Positions 10,488-20,509 of a stretch of DNA of 64,000 bases are shown piece by piece (within the stretch, counting starts at the first letter, position 1; each line of letters opens with the position of its first letter). The stretch covers positions 11,194 through 75,193 of the forward strand of contig QZKI01000095.1 in NCBI GenBank assembly GCA_003598055.1, read 5' to 3'. The stretch comes from Candidatus Abyssobacteria bacterium SURF_17 (GTDB taxonomy: Bacteria > Abyssobacteria > SURF-5). The notes beneath the pieces were generated by a model. It was not told the origin of the DNA. It did not search any database and was given only the letters and a program-made list of their open reading frames with translations. Both the position numbers and the translations under genes were made by a program.

Positions 10488-12083
10488 TCACTGTCTGTTC
10501 ACTTTTTGAAACCGGTACACGTATACTCCACGGAATCTTTCAAAGAGTTCTTGCTTCAGCCACGGCTTGTTCTCGAGTGCGGTGAACATCGAGGCGTCGG
10601 GGACCCGTTTATCGAAATCAAATACGATATTGTGGCTATGGATGAGCCATATTCTGTCGCTCTCATCTATTATCTGAGCGTTTTCGTGCAGGAATCGGTC
10701 GGCTTCGCCCGAGTCACGCGCAGCGTGGTACCCCCAATACATCCGGTCCGGGCTCATCAAGCCCTTTGGATAGCCGATTTCTCGATGCTCTTTTCCCGCA
10801 TAGCGGTCGAATGCAATATTTATGTAGCCCGGCACAAATATGATGAGGTCATCAGCCTGCCAATTATCCCCGATGTATCGCGCGACGTCCCGCCAGTCTT
10901 CTACGCTGTCCGAAGCGTATGTCCGCGCCATGGCCACAAGATTTGGAGATATCAGGACTATCATAAGCGCTGCCTGTAGCACCCGAGATGGCAACTTGGA
11001 AATCCCGGCGGCAACGACTACATAGACGAAGGGACAAAGAAAAATATACCTCTCCACGGGCGAAAGATTGACAGAAGAGAATACATTGAGCGTGAAGTTA
11101 ACGAGGAGAGAAAGGAAAACATAAAGAAACGCAAACAGAAGGATTTTTCTCGCCCTTCCCGTGTTCCACCACGCCACAAGGGAGTACAAGCATATCGCGC
11201 CGATGACGCAAAGAAACAAGGTCGCGCCGACTGTTCCACCCATTCTTCCAACGATATCCTTGAGAGTCTCAATTCCGAAAAAGTCGATGAACAACACGTG
11301 CATATCCTTCAAGACGTTTCCCGATGCCGCAGCTTCGCCAAACCAGTCGGGATGCTCTGACGGATTGGCTCGAGTGAGCAGAATCGCCCAAGGCAAGAAC
11401 GCAATAAGGCCCACGAACGTCCAGAGGAGAAACCTGACATGCCATTTCTTAAGCTTTCTTGCAGCGCTCCATGCGACGAACACGAAGAGCGCAGACACGG
11501 TTGCAACGGCGAGGTACAAGGTGTAGATACTGCAGAGTAAACAGAGAGCATAGAGTGGCCACCATCTGTTCTTGCCATCTTCGGAAGCGCGAAAGAAGTA
11601 GTAGATGGCAGCCATTGTCAAGAACAGGAAGAGGGGATACGCGCGAGCGGTTTGCGCCCGCATAAGCAAGTAATTAGAGGCAGCGAAGAAAATGAGCACG
11701 TAGAGCGACACGCGTTTGTCAAAATGCTCCTTCACAAGCCGGTACAAATAAACTGCAGAGGCAACATGGAAAAACACTGAGAAGAAACGGAGCGCGAAAT
11801 CAGACTGCCCGAAGACTGTCGAGTAAACGCTGATCAACCAGTAGTACAGGGGCGGGACGTAGTCCAGCAGTGACATCTTCGCTATGGTGAGAATGCCGTG
11901 CTCGGAATAATAGGCGGAAATCGCCTCATCCAGCCAGAATGACTTTGCGGTCAGCCTGTACAGCGGCGCGGCGGCAATTGTCACGAAGCACGCAGCCAAT
12001 ATCCAACGCCACGTGCTTTCTTCTCGGTTTCTCGTTTGAAGGCTCTTGCCGCTTTCACGTGGATCTATCTCGCCATTCATCAT
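10488..12083 (-). CDS. Glycosyltransferase family 39 (ArnT/PMT-like) membrane protein
   Basis: SFWLDE, PPLYY, ALRFFS and ARAYPL motifs; multiple TM helices. Confidence 0.85.
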   Translation of the reverse strand: MMNGEIDPRESGKSLQTRNREESTWRWILAACFVTIAAAPLYRLTAKSFWLDEAISAYYSEHGILTIAKMSLLDYVPPLYYWLISVYSTVFGQSDFALRFFSVFFHVASAVYLYRLVKEHFDKRVSLYVLIFFAASNYLLMRAQTARAYPLFLFLTMAAIYYFFRASEDGKNRWWPLYALCLLCSIYTLYLAVATVSALFVFVAWSAARKLKKWHVRFLLWTFVGLIAFLPWAILLTRANPSEHPDWFGEAAASGNVLKDMHVLFIDFFGIETLKDIVGRMGGTVGATLFLCVIGAICLYSLVAWWNTGRARKILLFAFLYVFLSLLVNFTLNVFSSVNLSPVERYIFLCPFVYVVVAAGISKLPSRVLQAALMIVLISPNLVAMARTYASDSVEDWRDVARYIGDNWQADDLIIFVPGYINIAFDRYAGKEHREIGYPKGLMSPDRMYWGYHAARDSGEADRFLHENAQIIDESDRIWLIHSHNIVFDFDKRVPDASMFTALENKPWLKQELFERFRGVYVYRFQKVNRQ

Positions 12084-12220
12084 GACAGGCTTGATATTAA
12101 CGCTCGCTGATGCTCTCTGTCAATACGCGTTTGTTTGGATAGTGCGGCGAGAATTGATTGCAACGGCTTTTGCGATGATTGATCGGCAAAGGACTGGAAG
12201 AGGTGCATCTGGAACTCCGG

Positions 12221-12250
12221 TTGACTGGTTACAAGAGAGAATGCTATCAT
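12221..12250 (+). promoter_or_regulatory. Putative sigma70 promoter of the radical SAM gene
   Basis: TTGACT-N18-TATCAT with TG extension, in the divergent intergenic region. Confidence 0.45.
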
Positions 12251-12303
12251 TTAAGTAATTGATTCGTTTTGATTTGCAGTATCTGAGGCATGCACGAAGC
12301 GAC

Positions 12304-13701
12304 ATGATTCTTCTGCAAAGCGGTTCCAGGATAGTCCTCCTTAATCTGCCCGGAAAGCGTCTTTACATCAGGGATTACTACTGCAGTAAGGTCTCCAAGA
12401 CGAACTACCTTTTCGCCCCATGCGACTTTCTGATGCTTAGTGGCCGGCTCAAGGAGCGGTATGATGTGCGTTTCGTCGATTGCATTGCCGAGCGGTTGAG
12501 CGAACCGGCTTGTCTCACGAAGCTCTCTGCTCTTGCCCCGCAGGCAATCGTATTCCTTGCCGGCTCCGTATCATGGGAGGAAGACGCTATCTTTCTCCGG
12601 AAATTGAAGGGCCATTTCCCCGACACTCTCCTCATCGGGACGGGTGACATATTCCTCGAGGATGGCAACAAAGTGCTGGAGAGCAATCCTGCCATTGACG
12701 CCGCGATATTGAATTTCTCGACCGATGATATCATGCGGTTTCTCGCGGGTGATGCGCCTTTTAACATGATTATCAGGGACAACGGCAAGAAGGCTCGCGC
12801 ATTACCCATGAGGCGCGGCGCATACGAAGCGTTCTCGATGCCGATTCCGCGTCAGGAAATATTCATGCGGCGGCAGTACCGTCTCCCGTTTGTGAAACGT
12901 CCGTTCGCAACGGTTCTCACGGACTTCGGCTGTCCGTTCAGATGCTCGTTCTGCATCATGAGCACGCTGGGATACCGGTATCGGGAAACCGCGAACGTGC
13001 TCGAGGAACTCGACCTCATCCAATCGCTAAACATCAGGGATATTTTCTTCATCGACCAGACGTTTCGGCCTCGGCGTTCCGACAACATGGAGCTCTGCGA
13101 AGCAATGATAGCCAGGAAGTATGGCTTCAAATGGATATGTTACTCTCGCGTGGACGTGGTGGATGAGGATATTCTCGCTAGGATGAAGGAGGCCGGCTGC
13201 ACCACGATCATGTTTGGCGTTGAGAGCGGTGACCCTGAGATACTCGAGCGATACAGAAAGGGTTACACCCTCGAAAGAATCCATGAAACGTTTGCCCTGT
13301 GCAAGATGCTCGGAATTCGAACGGTGGCAACCTTCATACTCGGTCTGCCTGACGACACCGAAGAGAGCTGCCGCAAGACCATCGAGCTTGCGTGCTCGCT
13401 TGAGTGCGATTACGCTTCCTTCAACTTCGCAGTGCCGAGAGGGGGGACCAAGCTGAGAACCGAGGCGATCGGCGCAGGCCTCATCGATTCGACGGTCACG
13501 GTGATGGACCAGTCGGGCACGTTCTTCGTCATGCCCACGCATACTCTCAGTACAGAGCAACTGAGAAGATTGAGGCGGCTCGCGGTCAGGAAGTACTACT
13601 TGCGGCCGCGATATATTCTGAAACGGCTTCGAGCGCTCACGTCCCCGCAGGAGTTCGGCGAGATGCTCTATGCCGGCATCTCACTTTTCCGAAACCTCTG
13701 A
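12304..13701 (+). CDS. B12-binding-type radical SAM protein
   Basis: FGCPFRCSFC, FIDQTF, FGVESG and GLPDDT motifs; ATG at 12304 preferred as start. Confidence 0.88.
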   Translation: MILLQSGSRIVLLNLPGKRLYIRDYYCSKVSKTNYLFAPCDFLMLSGRLKERYDVRFVDCIAERLSEPACLTKLSALAPQAIVFLAGSVSWEEDAIFLRKLKGHFPDTLLIGTGDIFLEDGNKVLESNPAIDAAILNFSTDDIMRFLAGDAPFNMIIRDNGKKARALPMRRGAYEAFSMPIPRQEIFMRRQYRLPFVKRPFATVLTDFGCPFRCSFCIMSTLGYRYRETANVLEELDLIQSLNIRDIFFIDQTFRPRRSDNMELCEAMIARKYGFKWICYSRVDVVDEDILARMKEAGCTTIMFGVESGDPEILERYRKGYTLERIHETFALCKMLGIRTVATFILGLPDDTEESCRKTIELACSLECDYASFNFAVPRGGTKLRTEAIGAGLIDSTVTVMDQSGTFFVMPTHTLSTEQLRRLRRLAVRKYYLRPRYILKRLRALTSPQEFGEMLYAGISLFRNL

Positions 13702-13796
13702 GGATGCTAATCGGTCTCGTGAGGCACGAGCGTCATGCAAACCAGAGAAGGCGACTGGGGGAACTTTTCAGTGGGGATTGGAAGGCCGCGACAAAG

Positions 13797-15317
13797 ATGG
13801 AACTTTCAGACGCAAAAGTGAGGGAGCGAGCCTCCGCTTTCCTCTTTGGCAAGACGGGCACCATAGCCGTTGTGTGTCTCATGCTGCTTTGGCTGTATAT
13901 TCCTTCGCTCACGTTTCACTTCTGGCTGGACGACTTCGGACTCTTGGAAAGCGGTAGAATCGAATCTGTGAGCGATTTCTTCAAGAGCTTCCATCCGGTG
14001 CGCTCCGGCCTCGGTCCAGGCGAAATATTGCCATATTATCGGCCACTCACCCAAAAAATATACTACTGGGTCATGAGACTGACCTTTGGGTTGAACCCAT
14101 TCTATTATCGCTTTGCCGACCTTTGCCTGCTCGGGCTTATCGCATTCAACATCTCCCTCATCACCGGCTGCCTCAGCAACGACAAGCTGGCGGGATTTCT
14201 GAGCGCAATACTGTTTGCCCTCGGGACCTCTCACGCCATAACACAGATGTGGATGGCTCTGACCGAGGACCTGATTGTTGTCGTGTTCATGACCGCCGCT
14301 TTCTTCGCCTATCTTCAATCAGCTCGAAATGGCAGAAAATGGTGCTTTGCAGCTTCCGTGATTTTGTTCGTGCTCGGGCTGTTATCGATGGAATATGCCA
14401 TTGTTCTCCCGGGATTGATATTCGTTGCTGAGGTCCTCTATGCATTACCGGGGAACAAGAATGAGGTGAAGCGGCTCGCTGCAAGACTCACACCGTTTGT
14501 CCTCATAGTGTTCGCTTACGTGGGAATGAGGTTGGTGTATATGAACGTGCCAGAGGTCGGGCCCTACGAGGTCTCAGTCGGATTGTTCACCCTGACGAAT
14601 CTCGGTCGCTATCTCCTCATCGGGCTCGACAGCTACCTCATAGGCTTTCTTGGTGTTCCATCCATGGACACCCTTGTGAGTCAACATGTCCATTATGAAG
14701 TCAACTGGGCGCTGGCCGGCGTCAAACTCTTGATTGTCGCAGCGCCGGTTGCATGGATGGTCAGCAAACAACGAGCGCAGGTCAAGAGAGATGTTGTCTT
14801 TTCCTTTGCGTGGTTTGTGCTCGCCCTGATGCCCGTTCTCTTTCTGCCCAACCACTTTTACCGTTACTATCTGCTTCCGGCGAATCTCGGCCTCGTCTTC
14901 TTCGTGGCTACGATTCTCGCAGTGGGTGCACGCGCGATTGCAGCACATACCCGAGCCGGTGCATTCATTCTATGCATAGTCCTCATATTCTCAATGCTTG
15001 CGTATTCGACGAAAATGGTGCGGAAGGAACAGTCCGCGTTGCGACTCATATCATTGAGTATGGAGAGCATAGACCGGCAGTTGCTGCAGCAAATTTCGAA
15101 TCCGCCGGACGGCAGCGGTTTTGTCTTCTCAGGCAATTTCAGCTTCGGTTGGTGGCGCAATCTTTCACCGGCCATCCGGACGCTCTACGACAATCCGACA
15201 CTGAACGCAACTCTTCGTGATGGCGACAAGATTCCCGAAAAAGTGCTCATGTCTCCAGGCCCGCTCTATCTGGTTCATATTGAGGATGGAGTAGTGACAA
15301 CAACTCGCGCCAGATAA
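13797..15317 (+). CDS. Polytopic membrane protein, GT-C-like (TMTC/DUF1736-like N-terminus)
   Basis: FWLDDF, YYRPL, LGLLSME and RYYLLP motifs; track start at 13404 overlaps the upstream gene, so ATG 13797 was chosen. Confidence 0.7.
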   Translation: MELSDAKVRERASAFLFGKTGTIAVVCLMLLWLYIPSLTFHFWLDDFGLLESGRIESVSDFFKSFHPVRSGLGPGEILPYYRPLTQKIYYWVMRLTFGLNPFYYRFADLCLLGLIAFNISLITGCLSNDKLAGFLSAILFALGTSHAITQMWMALTEDLIVVVFMTAAFFAYLQSARNGRKWCFAASVILFVLGLLSMEYAIVLPGLIFVAEVLYALPGNKNEVKRLAARLTPFVLIVFAYVGMRLVYMNVPEVGPYEVSVGLFTLTNLGRYLLIGLDSYLIGFLGVPSMDTLVSQHVHYEVNWALAGVKLLIVAAPVAWMVSKQRAQVKRDVVFSFAWFVLALMPVLFLPNHFYRYYLLPANLGLVFFVATILAVGARAIAAHTRAGAFILCIVLIFSMLAYSTKMVRKEQSALRLISLSMESIDRQLLQQISNPPDGSGFVFSGNFSFGWWRNLSPAIRTLYDNPTLNATLRDGDKIPEKVLMSPGPLYLVHIEDGVVTTTRAR

Positions 15318-15445
15318 ATCACCTGCGGCGCACCCACCCTTGTGATGCTCCTTTTTTCTCTGCTATAATTGACACGGTTTCATTCCAGCACACCCAGACC
15401 TGTGTAGTTCATTGCTTCGAGGGAGTGCGCAGGAGGCAATACCAT

Positions 15446-16597
15446 ATGGAATTCCTCGGATATCGGCGGAATAATGGCACGTTCGGAGTTCGAAATTATG
15501 TTGTAGTCATGTCCTCGGTCGCATGCGCCAACGGCGTCGTTGATGCGATCGGGCGTGCGCTGCCGGATGTCGTTCCCATTACGCATGCGTATGGCTGCGC
15601 ATGTGGACCGGAGGATATCGGCTTGAGTCAGCGGGCGCTTGCGGGTCTGCTGAACAATCCGAATGTGGGCGCGGCCCTTGTCATCGGGTTAGGTTGCGAA
15701 GGGCTGAAGAGCGAGTATCTCACGCAGGCGGTTGAGAATAAGCCGGTCGAAAGGCTCGTGATTCAGCAATCGGGCGGAAGCGCGGCCACTACCGCCAAGG
15801 GTATTGAAATCGCATCAAGATTCCTGCATGAACTCGAACGACAGCAGCGGGTGAAAGCGCCCGTGAGCGAACTGATAATCGCGCTCGAGTGCGGCGGCTC
15901 GGATGCCTTCTCCGGAATCACCGCGAATCCGGCCGTTGGCGCGGCCGCCGACCGGTTTGTGCGCGAGGGCGGGACGGTCATTCTCGCCGAGACAACCGAG
16001 ATGATTGGCACCGCCCACATACTCAAACGTCGTGGCGCAACGCCGGAACTAGGCGAGCAAATCGAAAACCTCGTAAACAATCACGAGCGCCATGTGCGCG
16101 CATCGCTCGGCGAGCTTGCCGGATTGGCAATCGGCCCCGGCAATATGGACGGCGGCCTATCCTCGATAACCGAAAAATCGCTCGGCTGCATCATGAAAGG
16201 CGGCACAACGCCCATCAACGAGGTCATCGAATATGGCAGCCGACCCTCAAATCGCGGGCTTGTCATCATGGATACGCCCGGCTATGACATCGACTCGATG
16301 GCCGGCATGGCGGCGGGAGGAGCGCAGCTCATCCTCTTTACCACAGGATGCGGCTCAACGGCAGGCTTCCCGGCCATCCCGGTGCTTAAAGTGGCGAGCA
16401 ACTCGCGCATATACCGGAATATGCCGGGCGACATGGACGTGAACGCAGGCTCCATCATCGACGAGGGCAAGACGATTGACGAGGTCGGCCAGGAAATCTT
16501 CGACCTTACGGTTGAGGTGGCCAACGGCAAGAAAACCTGCGCCGAAATCAACCGCTCGGTCCCCTTCAATTACTCCAAACAAGGCCCGACGTTTTAG
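15446..16597 (+). CDS. UxaA/GarD family dehydratase, large catalytic subunit (no SAF domain)
   Basis: GYRRNNGTFGVRN, ECGGSD, GNMDGGLSSITEKSLG, MDTPG and FTTG motifs; AGGAGG RBS. Confidence 0.9.
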   Translation: MEFLGYRRNNGTFGVRNYVVVMSSVACANGVVDAIGRALPDVVPITHAYGCACGPEDIGLSQRALAGLLNNPNVGAALVIGLGCEGLKSEYLTQAVENKPVERLVIQQSGGSAATTAKGIEIASRFLHELERQQRVKAPVSELIIALECGGSDAFSGITANPAVGAAADRFVREGGTVILAETTEMIGTAHILKRRGATPELGEQIENLVNNHERHVRASLGELAGLAIGPGNMDGGLSSITEKSLGCIMKGGTTPINEVIEYGSRPSNRGLVIMDTPGYDIDSMAGMAAGGAQLILFTTGCGSTAGFPAIPVLKVASNSRIYRNMPGDMDVNAGSIIDEGKTIDEVGQEIFDLTVEVANGKKTCAEINRSVPFNYSKQGPTF

Positions 16598-16684
16598 GAC
16601 GGCGCTGGGATGAAGCGATTCCTTTGAGCTCTTTACGTCTTTGCGGTAACAATCCCGTTTTGCACAGCAGTCGGATTTGGAAAT

Positions 16685-17491
16685 TTATGTCTTCTCGGCA
16701 AATGCCTTGAAAAATGTGTAGCAGAATACGCCGTCGGGCTCGGCTGTTCGGTAAAGGTCATGAATGCCTTTGTCGAAAGTGAGTTGGTCGATTAGTCCTG
16801 CCGCAAGAGCGGATTCACGGACGCCCTCAATCATTGCCGTGAACGTCTTTCTGGTAAAGCCTTCGACAAGCTGCGGCCTGCTCGAATCAGCGTAGACCAT
16901 TCGGGGGGACACGCGAATCGAGCCGAATCCCGCTTTGCACAGGAGCGGGTAAAGTTCTCGCCCTATCATCGCGTTGCCGCCGGCGCGCCTTTGCAATTCC
17001 ACCTGACATTGAATCGCCTTATGCGCCGCTTCACTATCCGGATGAAAGTAGGCTGAGCCGTGGTCCCCTTCGATGACGGTGATTGTGCCGCCCACCTTGA
17101 GAAGACTCTTGAGGGCATTGAGTGCCTGGACGGGCTTCGACAGATGCTCCAGAACGAAACAGACAAACACGTGCTCGAACGATGAGGGCCTGAAGGGAAG
17201 GTGGAAGATATCGCCCTGCCGGAAGTGGACATTTGTTAGGCCTGCCATTTCCACCTTTCTTTTGGCTTCGGCAAGAGAGGTTTCAGATATGTCAACTGAC
17301 GTGATCACAGCGTTTGGGCTATTTCGAGCGAGCGTAACGGTCTGAGCGCCGACTCCGCACCCAGCTTCGAGGACCTGGCTGCCCGCCGGATACAAAGTAT
17401 CGTAGTGCAGTAATTCAACGAGAGTGGTGGCCTGGTCTTGAAGGCGGATGTTTTCTTTTTGGTTGTATCCGTGGACGTATGTTCTATTCAT
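16685..17491 (-). CDS. Class I SAM-dependent methyltransferase
   Basis: YVHGY, VLEAGCGVG and CFVLEHL motifs; ATG 17491 overlaps the upstream stop. Confidence 0.9.
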   Translation of the reverse strand: MNRTYVHGYNQKENIRLQDQATTLVELLHYDTLYPAGSQVLEAGCGVGAQTVTLARNSPNAVITSVDISETSLAEAKRKVEMAGLTNVHFRQGDIFHLPFRPSSFEHVFVCFVLEHLSKPVQALNALKSLLKVGGTITVIEGDHGSAYFHPDSEAAHKAIQCQVELQRRAGGNAMIGRELYPLLCKAGFGSIRVSPRMVYADSSRPQLVEGFTRKTFTAMIEGVRESALAAGLIDQLTFDKGIHDLYRTAEPDGVFCYTFFKAFAEKT

Positions 17492-18374
17492 TGCCTTGCT
17501 GTGACTTAAATTTCTCTTCCAGTTCATTGTACCCGGGCACGCCGATGAACTGATTGAATTCCATGAACGCAGAGAGGAAATCACCGAAATCCTGCGTTTG
17601 ACCGGTCTCCTTCAGATGTCTCAGAGAATCCAGATTTGCACGGATGGTCGCGGCAAGGCATGCAGCCGGATAAATCGCGATGGCGAAGCCCATTTTCTCA
17701 AGTGTCTCAACAGGCAGGCTTGGCGTACGCGGGGCCATGTTGATGAGGCAGGGAACATCGAAGAGCTTGGGAATCTGTTCCATTTGCTCGACGGTCTCCG
17801 GCGCTTCGACGAACATAATGTCGGCTCCGGCCTCAACATAGGCGTGCCCGCGCTCGATGGCGTTCTCCCATCCCTCGACCGCGAGCGCGTCCGTGCGCGC
17901 GATGATGAGGAAATCGTCGGTTGAGCGGTGTTCGACTGCGGCCCTGATTTTCGCTGCCATCTCATCCTTCGGTATCACCTGCTTGCCGCTCATGTGTCCG
18001 CAACGTTTCGGCCACACCTGGTCCTCGATGTGAATTGCTGCCGCTCCCGCTTTCTCAAATTCCCTGACCGTTCGGATGACATTGATAGCGTTGCCGTAGC
18101 CGGTATCCGCATCGGCAATGAGGGGAATCCCGACCGCGCCCGCAATCGCGCGCACGTTTTCGAGCATCTCGGTCATGGTCAGGAGGCCGATGTCGGGCAG
18201 TCCGCGCATTGAGGCAGCCGTTCCGTAACCGGTCATATACGCCGCTTCAAATCCGGCTCCCTCCACGAGTTTTGCAGTCAAGGCGTCATATGCGCCCGGC
18301 GCCACGATGAGTTTTTTCCGGCGAAGCGAATCTTTGAGCTTTCGACCAGCATTTGTCTTAGATTCATTCGACAT
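17484..18374 (-). CDS. Isocitrate lyase/PEP mutase family C-C lyase (2,3-dimethylmalate lyase/PrpB-like)
   Basis: PGAYD, DADTGYG, IEDQVWPKRCGH and ARTDA motifs. Confidence 0.92.
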   Translation of the reverse strand: MSNESKTNAGRKLKDSLRRKKLIVAPGAYDALTAKLVEGAGFEAAYMTGYGTAASMRGLPDIGLLTMTEMLENVRAIAGAVGIPLIADADTGYGNAINVIRTVREFEKAGAAAIHIEDQVWPKRCGHMSGKQVIPKDEMAAKIRAAVEHRSTDDFLIIARTDALAVEGWENAIERGHAYVEAGADIMFVEAPETVEQMEQIPKLFDVPCLINMAPRTPSLPVETLEKMGFAIAIYPAACLAATIRANLDSLRHLKETGQTQDFGDFLSAFMEFNQFIGVPGYNELEEKFKSQQGNE

Positions 18375-18392
18375 TTGGGAATCCCAACAGTA

Positions 18393-18667
18393 GTCAGTGC
18401 GAGCGCAGCGAAGCAATCTCATTGTTTTAAAGAGATTGCTTTGTCGCTACGCTTCTCCTAAGAAAATGGAAATGCTTTCTATTATTAGTGACTCGCGCCT
18501 TGTCGTCTATGTTACTGTAGAATAATGAGTTATGCATGATTTGGTTTTCTTTCACATATAACCCCGCCGCAGGTGGAGTCGGCTGCTCGCAATGACTCTT
18601 TTCCGGTTGCGATGGCGCCGCGCTGGGCGGTTGTTTGTTTCTCGTTGGGGCGCAGCATGCTGCGCCC
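18393..18667. repeat. Composite repeat cluster: interrupted GTCA(T/G)TGCGAG palindrome, GGTTGCG...GCCGCGCTG unit and a REP-like hairpin
   Basis: GTCAGTGCGAGCGCAGCGAAGCAATCTC...GAGATTGCTTTGTCGCTACGCT [~130-bp insert] GCTCGCAATGAC; GGGGCGCAGCATGCTGCGCCC. Confidence 0.7.
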
Positions 18668-18703
18668 TGAATCGCCTCTCACGGAAGCGGTGATGAATCA
18701 CTT

Positions 18704-19195
18704 TCAGGTATCGGCGAGCATCTTCATGATGCCGCCTTTTTTTAATGACTCGACCATGATGTGATGCAGCGGAGTGGCCTGAAACTGTTTCTTGGTTGAA
18801 AGATTTGTCACTCGTGCGGCCTCGAAGTCCACTTCAAGCTCATCACCCATACTGACGGCGGATGCAATGCCCGGACACACCAGCACCGGCAGCCCGATGG
18901 CGATGGCATTCCGAAAGAATATTCGCGCGAACGATTCTGCCACAATCGCGGCGACTCCGAGAAATTTCAGCGCATCCGGCGCGGTCTCACGACTCGAGCC
19001 GCAGCCGAAGTTGGAGCCGCCGACGATGATTCCGCCAGCCTTGAAGTCACTCACGAATTCAGGAGCGATCGGCTCAAACACATGCTTGCTCATCTCTTCG
19101 ATGGGGAGGTCCATATAGTGGCCGGGAGTAATCTGGTCGGTGTCCACATTATTGCCGAACGTCCATGCGGGTCCCGTAATCTTCAAGTAGTCCAT
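18704..19195 (-). CDS. LeuD/HacB/DmdB family dehydratase small subunit
   Basis: NVDTDQI, NFGCGSSRE and SFARIFFRN motifs. Confidence 0.93.
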   Translation of the reverse strand: MDYLKITGPAWTFGNNVDTDQITPGHYMDLPIEEMSKHVFEPIAPEFVSDFKAGGIIVGGSNFGCGSSRETAPDALKFLGVAAIVAESFARIFFRNAIAIGLPVLVCPGIASAVSMGDELEVDFEAARVTNLSTKKQFQATPLHHIMVESLKKGGIMKMLADT

Positions 19196-19199
19196 ATGT

Positions 19200-20450
19200 T
19201 CACACCTCCCTGGGGTCGGTTATAGCGCCTTTGAGCGCTGAAGCCGCGACGGTCGCGGGTGAACCAAGGTACACCTCCGCATTTGCACTCCCCATCCGTC
19301 CCTTGAAGTTTCTGTTGGTTGAAGAGATGCAGACCTCACCGGGCGCGAGCAAGCCCGTATGCGCGCCGAAGCATGGGCCACACGTCGGATTGCAGATTAC
19401 GGCGCCTGCTTCTGAGAAGATTTTCAGCAAACCCGCTTCCATAGCCTTCACATAGACCTCTCGCGAGGCGGGATATACGTATAACCTAACGAATGGCGGA
19501 ACCGTGCCGCGTTTCAGTATTTCAGCCGCCGCCTGCAAGTCTTCGAATCGTCCGTTCGTGCACGAGCCGAGCAGAGCCTGATGTATTGACGTACCCTTGA
19601 CCTCACCGATCGATTTTACATTCCCGACCGAATGCGGGCATGCCACCTGTGGCTCCAATCCTGACTGATCAACCTCGTACGTTGCCTCATACTGAGCGTC
19701 CGCATCGGCAGCCAACGGGGTAGAGGAGGCATCTCCCCGTCCTTTCAGATACGCGAGCGTCTTCTTGTCTGCATTGAAGAACCCGAACTTTGCCCCGATT
19801 TCGACCGCCATATTGCTGATCGTCATCCGGCTCTCGACGCTCAGCGCCTCAGCGCCATCGCCCACAAATTCGATGGATTTGTACTGTGCCACTTCCGTGC
19901 CATATTTGCCCGCTATATGGAGAATGACATCCTTTGAAGCGACGCGCTCCGGCAGATGTCCCTCTAATATGAAGCGAATCGTGGGCGGAACCATGAACCA
20001 GAGCTCGCCGCGTGCCAAGACGTACGCCATCTCTGTCGTGCCGATTCCCGTGCCCGCGGCTCCGAGCGCTCCATAGGTGCACGTATGCGAGTCTGTGCCG
20101 ACAATGAGGGCGCCCGGCCGGGCATGGCCTTTCTCCATCATCACCTGATGGCATATGCCCTCGCGCTCGCCGTAGTAATGCGCAACCCCTGCGGACTGGA
20201 TGATGTTTCGAATCATCATCTGCGCTGCCGCAAGACGCTCGGTCGGCGCAGGGATGTAATGATCGAACAGGACCACGACTTTCTGCGGGTCCCAAATCTC
20301 GCTCACGCCGGCGGACATCAACTGCATCCAGCTCAAGGCGAACGCCTCATGCAGCATCGCGCAATCAATCGGCGCTACCACATACTCCCCCGGCCTGACC
20401 GGTTTCCCCACTTTTCGCGAGAAGACCTTTTCCGCAATCGTTTCACCCAA
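19200..20450 (-). CDS. LeuC/HacA/DmdA family aconitase-like dehydratase large subunit
   Basis: GICHQ, DSHTCTYG, GSCTNGR, CGPCFG and STNRNFKGRMG motifs; TTG start at 20450 after GGAGG. Confidence 0.93.
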   Translation of the reverse strand: MGETIAEKVFSRKVGKPVRPGEYVVAPIDCAMLHEAFALSWMQLMSAGVSEIWDPQKVVVLFDHYIPAPTERLAAAQMMIRNIIQSAGVAHYYGEREGICHQVMMEKGHARPGALIVGTDSHTCTYGALGAAGTGIGTTEMAYVLARGELWFMVPPTIRFILEGHLPERVASKDVILHIAGKYGTEVAQYKSIEFVGDGAEALSVESRMTISNMAVEIGAKFGFFNADKKTLAYLKGRGDASSTPLAADADAQYEATYEVDQSGLEPQVACPHSVGNVKSIGEVKGTSIHQALLGSCTNGRFEDLQAAAEILKRGTVPPFVRLYVYPASREVYVKAMEAGLLKIFSEAGAVICNPTCGPCFGAHTGLLAPGEVCISSTNRNFKGRMGSANAEVYLGSPATVAASALKGAITDPREV

Positions 20451-20509
20451 TTTGTTTCCTCCGAATTCGGACTTCCCCGGCCTCTTCCAGTTGCATTCGC
20501 TAAACTTGC

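Noticed and set aside
13404-13796. N-terminal extension of the 637-aa ORF
   Set aside because: Overlaps the radical SAM gene by about 300 nt and has non-protein-like composition; a downstream ATG is preferred.
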